This document shows, one piece after another, positions 1-11,440 of a stretch of 64,000 nucleotides of DNA. Within the stretch, counting starts at the first letter, position 1. Every line of letters begins with the position of its first letter. The translations under genes and the position numbers were made by a program. The DNA comes from Auanema rhodensis (taxonomy: Eukaryota > Animalia > Nematoda), in contig OZ059895.1 in NCBI GenBank assembly GCA_964057225.1, positions 20,770,001-20,834,000 of the forward strand. Direction: 5' to 3'. The notes under the pieces are model-generated. The model was given only the letters and a program-made list of their open reading frames with translations, was not told the origin of the DNA and searched no databases.

Positions 1-176
1 CATGTCCATATTAGTCTAAAAACAAATTTTTATTGATATTGGTGCATGGTAACCATGACTTTAAAATTTACGTGAACTTTAATTTATGCTAATTAAGTGT
101 ACACATGATGTGCACTTGGTATGTAACTCGCTTCACGTCAAAGATAAAGAGATGCGGTTTTCAAAATTAGATTCCC
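1..176 (+). repeat. Representative monomer (arbitrary phase): CATGTCCATATTAGTCTAAAAACAAATTTTTATTGATATTGGTGCATGGTAACCATGACTTTAAAATTTACGTGAACTTTAATTTATGCTAATTAAGTGTACACATGATGTGCACTTGGTATGTAACTCGCTTCACGTCAAAGATAAAGAGATGCGGTTTTCAAAATTAGATTCCC
   Basis: Read directly; the next copy starts at 177. Common polymorphic sites are ATTG/ATTA (35), TTTA/TTTG (63), ACAT/ACGT (105), GCAC/GCGC (114) and CGTC/CGTG (139). Confidence 0.98.
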
Positions 177-1669
177 CATGTCCATATTAGTCTAAAAACA
201 AATTTTTATTAATATTGGTGCATGGTAACCATGACTTTGAAATTTACGTGAACTTTAATTTATGCTAATTAAGTGTACACATGATGTGCACTTGGTATGT
301 AACTCGCTTCACGTCAAAGATAAAAAGATGAGGTTTTCAAAATTAGATTCCCCATGTCCATATTAGTCTAAAAACAAATTTTTATTAATATTGGTGCATG
401 GTAACCATGACTTTGAAATTTACGTGAACTTTAATTTATGCTAATTAAGTGTACACATGATGTGCGCTTGGTATGTAACTCGCTTCACGTGAAAGATAAA
501 GAGATGCGGTTTCCAAAATTAGATTCCCCATGTCCATATTAGTCTAAAAACAAATTTTTATTGATATTGGTGCATGGCAACCATGACTTTAAAATTTACG
601 TGAACTTTAATTTATGTTAATTAAGTGTACACATGATGTGCACTTGGTATGTAACTCGCTTCACTCAAAGATAAAGAGATGCGGTTTTCAAAATTAGATT
701 CCCCATGTCCATATTAGTCTAAAAACAATTTTTTATCAATATTGGTGCATGGTAACCATGACTTTGAAATTTACGTGAACTTTAATTTATGCTAATTAAG
801 TGTACACATGATGTGCGCTTGGTATGTAACTCTCTTCACGTGAAAGATAAAGAGATGCGGTTTTCAAAATTAGATTCCTCATGTCCATATTAGTCTAAAA
901 ACGAATTTTTATTGATATTAATGCATGGTAACCATGACTTTAAAATTTACGTGAACTTTAATTTATGCTAATTAAGTGTACACATGATATGCACTTGGTA
1001 TGTAACTCGCTTCACGTCAAAGATAAAGAGATGCGGTTTTCAAAATTAGATTCCCCATGTCCATATTAGCCTAAAAACAAATTTTTTATTGATATTGGTG
1101 CATGGTAACCATGACTTTGAAATTTACGTGAACTTTAATTTATGCTAATTAAGTGTACACGTGATGTGCACTTGGTATGTAACTCGCTTCACGTGAAAGA
1201 TAAAGAGATGCGGTTTTCAAAATTAGATTCCCCATGTCCATATTAGTCTAAACACAAATTTTTATTGATATTGGTGCATGGTAACCATGACTTTGAAATT
1301 TACGTGAACTTTAATTTATGCTAATTAAGTGTACACGTGATGTGCACTTGGTATGTAACTCGCTTCACGTGAAAGATAAAAAGATGCGGTTTTCAAAATT
1401 AGATTCCCCATGTCCATGTTAGTCTAAAAACAAATTTCTATTAATATTGGTGCATGGTAACTATGACTTTGAAATTTACGTGAACTTTAATTTATGCTAA
1501 TTAAGTGTACACATGATGTGCACTTGGTATGTAACTCGCTTCAAGTGAAAGATAAAGAGATGCGCTTTTCAAAATTAGATTTCGCATGTCCATATTAGTC
1601 TAAAAACAAATTTTTATTGATATTGGTGCATGGTAACCATGACTTTAAAATGTACGTGAACTTTAATTT

Positions 1670-4600
1670 ATGCTAATTAAGTGTACACATGATGTGCACT
1701 TGGTATGTAACTCGCTTCACGTCAAAGATAAAGAGATGCGGTTTTCAAAATTAGATTCCCCATGTCCATATTAGTCTAAAAACAAATTTTTATTAATATT
1801 GGTGCATGGTAACCATGACTTTGAAATTTACGTGAACTTTAATTTATGCTAATTAAGTGTACACATGATGTGCACTTGGTATGTAACTCGCTTCACGTCA
1901 AAGATAAAAAGATGAGGTTTTCAAAATTAGATTCCCCATGTCCATATTAGTCTAAAAACAAATTTTTATTAATATTGGTGCATGGTAACCATGACTTTGA
2001 AATTTACGTGAACTTTAATTTATGCTAATTAAGTGTACACATGATGTGCACTTGGTATGTAACTCGCTTCACGTCAAAGATAAAGAGATGCGGTTTTCAA
2101 AATTAGATTCCCCATGTCCATGTTAGTCTAAAAACAAATTTCTATTAATATTGGTGCATGGTAACTATGACTTTGAAATTTACGTGAACTTTAATTTATG
2201 CTAATTAAGTGTACACATGATGTGCACTTGGTATGTAACTCGCTTCAAGTGAAAGATAAAGAGATGCGCTTTTCAAAATTAGATTTCGCATGTCCATATT
2301 AGTCTAAAAACAAATTTTTATTGATATTGGTGCATGGTAACCATGACTTTAAAATTTACGTGAACTTTAATTTATGCTAATTAAGTGTACACATGATGTG
2401 CACTTGGTATGTAACTCGCTTCACGTCAAAGATAAAGAGATGCGGTTTTCAAAATTAGATTCCCCATGTCCATATTAGTCTAAAAACAAATTTTTATGAA
2501 TATTGGTGCATGGTAACCATGACTTTGAAATTTACGTGAACTTTAATTTATGCTAATTAAGTGTACACATGATGTGCACTTGGTATGTAACTCGCTTCAC
2601 GTCAAAGATAAAGAGATGCGGTTTTGAAAATTAGATTCCCCATGTCCATATTAGTCTAAAAACAAATTTTTATTAATATTGGTGCATGGTAACCATGACT
2701 TTGAAATTTACGTGAACTTTAATTTATGCTAATTAAGTGTACACATGATGTGCACTTGGTAAGTAACTCGCTTCACGTCAAAGATAAAGAGATGCGGTTT
2801 TCAAAATTAGATTCCCCATGTCCATATTAGTCTAAAAACAATTTTTTATTAATATTGGTGCATGGTAACCATGACTTTGAAATTTACGTGAACTTTAATT
2901 TATGCTAATTAAGTGTACACATGATGTGCACTTGGTAAGTAACTCGCTTCACGTCAAAGATAAAGAGATGCGGTTTTGAAAATTAGATTCCCCATGTCCA
3001 TATTAGTCTAAAAACAATTTTTTATCAATATTGGTGCATGGTAACCATGACTTTGAAATTTACGTGAACTTTAATTTTTGCTAATTAAGTGTACACATGC
3101 TGTGCGCTTGGTATGTAACTCTCTTCACGTGAAAGATAAAGAGATGCGGTTTCCAAAATTAGATTCCCCATGTCCATATTAGTCTAAAAACAAATTTTTA
3201 TTGATATTGGTGCATGGTAACCATGACTTTAAAATTTACGTGAACTTTAATTTATGCTAATTAAGTGTACACATGATGTGCACTTGGTATGTAACTCGCT
3301 TCACGTGAAAGATAAAGAGATGCGGTTTTCAAAATTAGATTCCCCATGTCCATATTAGTCTAAAAACAAATTTTTATTAATATTGGTGCATGGTAACCAT
3401 GACTTTGAAATTTACGTGAACTTTAATTTATGCTAATTAAGTGTACACATGATGTGCACTTGGTATGTAACTCGCTTCACGTCAAAGATAAAAAGATGAG
3501 GTTTTCAAAATTAGATTCCCCATGTCCATATTAGTCTAAAAACAAATTTTTATTAATATTGGTGCATGGTAACCATGACTTTGAAATTTACGTGAACTTT
3601 AATTTATGCTAATTAAGTGTACACATGATGTGCACTTGGTATGTAACTCGCTTCACGTCAAAGATAAAGAGATGCGGTTTTCAAAATTAGATTCCCCATG
3701 TCCATGTTAGTCTAAAAACAAATTTCTATTAATATTGGTGCATGGTAACTATGACTTTGAAATTTACGTGAACTTTAATTTATGCTAATTAAGTGTACAC
3801 ATGATGTGCACTTGGTATGTAACTCGCTTCAAGTGAAAGATAAAGAGATGCGCTTTTCAAAATTAGATTTCGCATGTCCATATTAGTCTAAAAACAAATT
3901 TTTATTGATATTGGTGCATGGTAACCATGACTTTAAAATTTACGTGAACTTTAATTTATGCTAATTAAGTGTACACATGATGTGCACTTGGTATGGAACT
4001 CGCTTCACGTCAAAGATAAAGAGATGCGGTTTTCAAAATTAGATTCCCCATGTCCATATTAGTCTAAAAACAAATTTTTATGAATATTGGTGCATGGTAA
4101 CCATGACTTTGAAATTTACGTGAACTTTAATTTATGCTAATTAAGTGTACACATGATGTGCACTTGGTATGTAACTCGCTTCACGTCAAAGATAAAGAGA
4201 TGCGGTTTTGAAAATTAGATTCCCCATGTCCATATTAGTCTAAAAACAAATTTTTATTAATATTGGTGCATGGTAACCATGACTTTGAAATTTACGTGAA
4301 CTTTAATTTATGCTAATTAAGTGTACACATGATGTGCACTTGGTAAGTAACTCGCTTCACGTCAAAGATAAAGAGATGCGGTTTTCAAAATTAGATTCCC
4401 CATGTCCATATTAGTCTAAAAACAATTTTTTATTAATATTGGTGCATGGTAACCATGACTTTGAAATTTACGTGAACTTTAATTTATGCTAATTAAGTGT
4501 ACACATGATGTGCACTTGGTAAGTAACTCGCTTCACGTCAAAGATAAAGAGATGCGGTTTTGAAAATTAGATTCCCCATGTCCATATTAGTCTAAAAACA

Positions 4601-4850
4601 ATTTTTTATCAATATTGGTGCATGGTAACCATGACTTTGAAATTTACGTGAACTTTAATTTTTGCTAATTAAGTGTACACATGCTGTGCGCTTGGTATGT
4701 AACTCTCTTCACGTGAAAGATAAAGAGATGCGGTTTCCAAAATTAGATTCCCCATGTCCATATTAGTCTAAAAACAAATTTTTATTGATATTGGTGCATG
4801 GTAACCATGACTTTAAAATTTACGTGAACTTTAATTTATGCTAATTAAGT
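1670..4850 (+). repeat. Tandem duplication of a 9-monomer block (1584 bp x2)
   Basis: Variant GGTAAGT at 2762 and 4346, and ATGCTGTGCG at 3097 and 4681; both offsets are 1584 = 9x176. Confidence 0.85.
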
Positions 4851-7216
4851 GTACACATGATGTGCACTTGGTATGTAACTCGCTTCACGTCAAAGATAAA
4901 GAGATGCGGTTTTCAAAATTAGATTCCCCATGTCCATGTTAGTCTAAAAACAAATTTCTATTAATATTGGTGCATGGTAACTATGACTTTGAAATTTACG
5001 TGAACTTTAATTTATGCTAATTAAGTGTACACATGATGTGCACTTGGTATGTAACTCGCTTCAAGTGAAAGATAAAGAGATGCGCTTTTCAAAATTAGAT
5101 TTCGCATGTCCATATTAGTCTAAAAACAAATTTTTATTGATATTGGTGCATGGTAACCATGACTTTAAAATTTACGTGAACTTTAATTTATGCTAATTAA
5201 GTGTACACATGATGTGCACTTGGTATGTAACTCGCTTCACGTCAAAGATAAAGAGATGCGGTTTTCAAAATTAGATTCCCCATGTCCATATTAGTCTAAA
5301 AACAAATTTTTATTAATATTGGTGCATGGTAACCATGACTTTGAAATTTACGTGAACTTTAATTTATGCTAATTAAGTGTACACATGATGTGCACTTGGT
5401 ATGTAACTCGCTTCACGTCAAAGATAAAAAGATGAGGTTTTCAAAATTAGATTCCCCATGTCCATATTAGTCTAAAAACAAATTTTTATTAATATTGGTG
5501 CATGGTAACCATGACTTTGAAATTTACGTGAACTTTAATTTATGCTAATTAAGTGTACACATGATGTGCGCTTGGTATGTAACTCGCTTCACGTGAAAGA
5601 TAAAGAGATGCGGTTTCCAAAATTAGATTCCCCATGTCCATATTAGTCTAAAAACAAATTTTTATTGATATTGGTGCATGGCAACCATGACTTTAAAATT
5701 TACGTGAACTTTAATTTATGTTAATTAAGTGTACACATGATGTGCACTTGGTATGTAACTCGCTTCACTCAAAGATAAAGAGATGCGGTTTTCAAAATTA
5801 GATTCCCCATGTCCATATTAGTCTAAAAACAATTTTTTATCAATATTGGTGCATGGTAACCATGACTTTGAAATTTACGTGAACTTTAATTTATGCTAAT
5901 TAAGTGTACACATGATGTGCGCTTGGTATGTAACTCTCTTCACGTGAAAGATAAAGAGATGCGGTTTTCAAAATTAGATTCCTCATGTCCATATTAGTCT
6001 AAAAACGAATTTTTATTGATATTAATGCATGGTAACCATGACTTTAAAATTTACGTGAACTTTAATTTATGCTAATTAAGTGTACACATGATATGCACTT
6101 GGTATGTAACTCGCTTCACGTCAAAGATAAAGAGATGCGGTTTTCAAAATTAGATTCCCCATGTCCATATTAGCCTAAAAACAAATTTTTTATTGATATT
6201 GGTGCATGGTAACCATGACTTTGAAATTTACGTGAACTTTAATTTATGCTAATTAAGTGTACACGTGATGTGCACTTGGTATGTAACTCGCTTCACGTGA
6301 AAGATAAAGAGATGCGGTTTTCAAAATTAGATTCCCCATGTCCATATTAGTCTAAACACAAATTTTTATTGATATTGGTGCATGGTAACCATGACTTTGA
6401 AATTTACGTGAACTTTAATTTATGCTAATTAAGTGTACACGTGATGTGCACTTGGTATGTAACTCGCTTCACGTGAAAGATAAAAAGATGCGGTTTTCAA
6501 AATTAGATTCCCCATGTCCATGTTAGTCTAAAAACAAATTTCTATTAATATTGGTGCATGGTAACTATGACTTTGAAATTTACGTGAACTTTAATTTATG
6601 CTAATTAAGTGTACACATGATGTGCACTTGGTATGTAACTCGCTTCAAGTGAAAGATAAAGAGATGCGCTTTTCAAAATTAGATTTCGCATGTCCATATT
6701 AGTCTAAAAACAAATTTTTATTGATATTGGTGCATGGTAACCATGACTTTAAAATGTACGTGAACTTTAATTTATGCTAATTAAGTGTACACATGATGTG
6801 CACTTGGTATGTAACTCGCTTCACGTCAAAGATAAAGAGATGCGGTTTTCAAAATTAGATTCCCCATGTCCATATTAGTCTAAAAACAAATTTTTATTAA
6901 TATTGGTGCATGGTAACCATGACTTTGAAATTTACGTGAACTTTAATTTATGCTAATTAAGTGTACACATGATGTGCACTTGGTATGTAACTCGCTTCAC
7001 GTCAAAGATAAAAAGATGAGGTTTTCAAAATTAGATTCCCCATGTCCATATTAGTCTAAAAACAAATTTTTATTAATATTGGTGCATGGTAACCATGACT
7101 TTGAAATTTACGTGAACTTTAATTTATGCTAATTAAGTGTACACATGATGTGCACTTGGTATGTAACTCGCTTCACGTCAAAGATAAAGAGATGCGGTTT
7201 TCAAAATTAGATTCCC

Positions 7217-10200
7217 CATGTCCATGTTAGTCTAAAAACAAATTTCTATTAATATTGGTGCATGGTAACTATGACTTTGAAATTTACGTGAACTTTAATT
7301 TATGCTAATTAAGTGTACACATGATGTGCACTTGGTATGTAACTCGCTTCAAGTGAAAGATAAAGAGATGCGCTTTTCAAAATTAGATTTCGCATGTCCA
7401 TATTAGTCTAAAAACAAATTTTTATTGATATTGGTGCATGGTAACCATGACTTTAAAATTTACGTGAACTTTAATTTATGCTAATTAAGTGTACACATGA
7501 TGTGCACTTGGTATGTAACTCGCTTCACGTCAAAGATAAAGAGATGCGGTTTTCAAAATTAGATTCCCCATGTCCATATTAGTCTAAAAACAAATTTTTA
7601 TGAATATTGGTGCATGGTAACCATGACTTTGAAATTTACGTGAACTTTAATTTATGCTAATTAAGTGTACACATGATGTGCACTTGGTATGTAACTCGCT
7701 TCACGTCAAAGATAAAGAGATGCAGTTTTGAAAATTAGATTCCCCATGTCCATATTAGTCTAAAAACAAATTTTTATTAATATTGGTGCATGGTAACCAT
7801 GACTTTGAAATTTACGTGAACTTTAATTTATGCTAATTAAGTGTACACATGATGTGCACTTGGTATGTAACTCGCTTCACGTCAAAGATAAAGAGATGCG
7901 GTTTTCAAAATTAGATTCCCCATGTCCATATTAGTCTAAAAACAATTTTTTATCAATATTGGTGCATGGTAACCATGACTTTGAAATTTACGTGAACTTT
8001 AATTTTTGCTAATTAAGTGTACACATGATGTGCACTTGGTATGTAACTCGCTTCACGTCAAAGATAAAGAGATGCGGTTTTCAAAATTAGATTCCCCATG
8101 TCCATATTAGTCTAAAAACAAATTTTTATTAATATTGGTGCATGGTAACCATGACTTTGAATTTTACGTGAACTTTAATTTATGCTAATTAAGTGTACAC
8201 ATGATGTGCACTTGGTATGTAACTCGCTTCAAGTGAAAGATAAAGAGATGCGGTTTTCAAAATTAGATTTCGCATGTCCATATTAGTCTAAAAACAAATT
8301 TTTATTGATATTGGTGCATGGTAACCATGACTTTAAAATTTACGTGAACTTTAATTTATGCTAATTAAGTGTACACATGATGTGCGCTTGGTATGTAACT
8401 CGCTTCACGTCAAAGATAAAGAGATGCGGTTTTTAAAATTAGATTCCCCATGTCCATATAAGTCTAAAAACAAATTTTTATTAATATTGGTGCATGGTAA
8501 CCATGACTTTGAAATTTACGTGAACTTTAATTTATGCTAATTAAGTGTACACATGCTGTGCACTTGGTATGTAACTCGCTTCACGTCAAAGATAAAGAGA
8601 TGCGGTTTTCAAAATTAGATTCCCCATGTCCATGTTAGTCTAAAAACAAATTTCTATTAATATTGGTGCATGGTAACTATGACTTTGAAATTTACGTGAA
8701 CTTTAATTTATGCTAATTAAGTGTACACATGATGTGCACTTGGTATGTAACTCGCTTCAAGTGAAAGATAAAGAGATGCGCTTTTCAAAATTAGATTTCG
8801 CATGTCCATATTAGTCTAAAAACAAATTTTTATTGATATTGGTGCATGGTAACCATGACTTTAAAATTTACGTGAACTTTAATTTATGCTAATTAAGTGT
8901 ACACATGATGTGCACTTGGTATGTAACTCGCTTCACGTCAAAGATAAAGAGATGCGGTTTTCAAAATTAGATTCCCCATGTCCATATTAGTCTAAAAACA
9001 AATTTTTATGAATATTGGTGCATGGTAACCATGACTTTGAAATTTACGTGAACTTTAATTTATGCTAATTAAGTGTACACATGATGTGCACTTGGTATGT
9101 AACTCGCTTCACGTCAAAGATAAAGAGATGCGGTTTTGAAAATTAGATTCCCCATGTCCATATTAGTCTAAAAACAAATTTTTATTAATATTGGTGCATG
9201 GTAACCATGACTTTGAAATTTACGTGAACTTTAATTTATGCTAATTAAGTGTACACATGATGTGCACTTGGTATGTAACTCGCTTCACGTCAAAGATAAA
9301 GAGATGCGGTTTTCAAAATTAGATTCCCCATGTCCATATTAGTCTAAAAACAATTTTTTATCAATATTGGTGCATGGTAACCATGACTTTGAAATTTACG
9401 TGAACTTTAATTTTTGCTAATTAAGTGTACACATGATGTGCACTTGGTATGTAACTCGCTTCACGTCAAAGATAAAGAGATGCGGTTTTCAAAATTAGAT
9501 TCCCCATGTCCATATTAGTCTAAAAACAAATTTTTATTAATATTGGTGCATGGTAACCATGACTTTGAATTTTACGTGAACTTTAATTTATGCTAATTAA
9601 GTGTACACATGATGTGCACTTGGTATGTAACTCGCTTCAAGTGAAAGATAAAGAGATGCGGTTTTCAAAATTAGATTTCGCATGTCCATATTAGTCTAAA
9701 AACAAATTTTTATTGATATTGGTGCATGGTAACCATGACTTTAAAATTTACGTGAACTTTAATTTATGCTAATTAAGTGTACACATGATGTGCGCTTGGT
9801 ATGTAACTCGCTTCACGTCAAAGATAAAGAGATGCGGTTTTTAAAATTAGATTCCCCATGTCCATATAAGTCTAAAAACAAATTTTTATTAATATTGGTG
9901 CATGGTAACCATGACTTTGAAATTTACGTGAACTTTAATTTATGCTAATTAAGTGTACACATGCTGTGCACTTGGTATGTAACTCGCTTCACGTCAAAGA
10001 TAAAGAGATGCGGTTTTCAAAATTAGATTCCCCATGTCCATGTTAGTCTAAAAACAAATTTCTATTAATATTGGTGCATGGTAACTATGACTTTGAAATT
10101 TACGTGAACTTTAATTTATGCTAATTAAGTGTACACATGATGTGCACTTGGTATGTAACTCGCTTCAAGTGAAAGATAAAGAGATGCGCTTTTCAAAATT

Positions 10201-11440
10201 AGATTTCGCATGTCCATATTAGTCTAAAAACAAATTTTTATTGATATTGGTGCATGGTAACCATGACTTTAAAATTTACGTGAACTTTAATTTATGCTAA
10301 TTAAGTGTACACATGATGTGCACTTGGTATGTAACTCGCTTCACGTCAAAGATAAAGAGATGCGGTTTTCAAAATTAGATTCCCCATGTCCATATTAGTC
10401 TAAAAACAAATTTTTATGAATATTGGTGCATGGTAACCATGACTTTGAAATTTACGTGAACTTTAATTTATGCTAATTAAGTGTACACATGATGTGCACT
10501 TGGTATGTAACTCGCTTCACGTCAAAGATAAAGAGATGCGGTTTTGAAAATTAGATTCCCCATGTCCATATTAGTCTAAAAACAAATTTTTATTAATATT
10601 GGTGCATGGTAACCATGACTTTGAAATTTACGTGAACTTTAATTTATGCTAATTAAGTGTACACATGATGTGCACTTGGTATGTAACTCGCTTCACGTCA
10701 AAGATAAAGAGATGCGGTTTTCAAAATTAGATTCCCCATGTCCATATTAGTCTAAAAACAATTTTTTATCAATATTGGTGCATGGTAACCATGACTTTGA
10801 AATTTACGTGAACTTTAATTTTTGCTAATTAAGTGTACACATGATGTGCACTTGGTATGTAACTCGCTTCACGTCAAAGATAAAGAGATGCGGTTTTCAA
10901 AATTAGATTCCCCATGTCCATATTAGTCTAAAAACAAATTTTTATTAATATTGGTGCATGGTAACCATGACTTTGAATTTTACGTGAACTTTAATTTATG
11001 CTAATTAAGTGTACACATGATGTGCACTTGGTATGTAACTCGCTTCAAGTGAAAGATAAAGAGATGCGGTTTTCAAAATTAGATTTCGCATGTCCATATT
11101 AGTCTAAAAACAAATTTTTATTGATATTGGTGCATGGTAACCATGACTTTAAAATTTACGTGAACTTTAATTTATGCTAATTAAGTGTACACATGATGTG
11201 CGCTTGGTATGTAACTCGCTTCACGTCAAAGATAAAGAGATGCGGTTTTTAAAATTAGATTCCCCATGTCCATATAAGTCTAAAAACAAATTTTTATTAA
11301 TATTGGTGCATGGTAACCATGACTTTGAAATTTACGTGAACTTTAATTTATGCTAATTAAGTGTACACATGCTGTGCACTTGGTATGTAACTCGCTTCAC
11401 GTCAAAGATAAAGAGATGCGGTTTTCAAAATTAGATTCCC
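7217..11440 (+). repeat. 8-monomer higher-order repeat (1408 bp) x3
   Basis: TCCATGTTAG at 7221, 8629 and 10037. The stop-loss variant ORFs start at 8358, 9766 and 11174. The GAATTTTACG variant recurs at the same 1408-bp spacing. Confidence 0.92.

Noticed and set aside
1-176. CENP-B box (NTTCGNNNNANNCGGGN)
   Set aside because: No CGGG or CCCG occurs in the monomer. TTCG appears only in the TTTCGC variant, without the downstream element.
1-176. Identity with known satellites of similar length (Brassica CentBr 176 bp, Arabidopsis CEN178, primate alpha satellite)
   Set aside because: Only the length is similar; I recognise no shared sequence. A database search is needed for any assignment.
1-176. 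Tandem 5S rRNA, tRNA or snRNA gene unit
   Set aside because: The unit is AT-rich with no recognisable 5S sequence, tRNA cloverleaf or Pol III A/B/C boxes.
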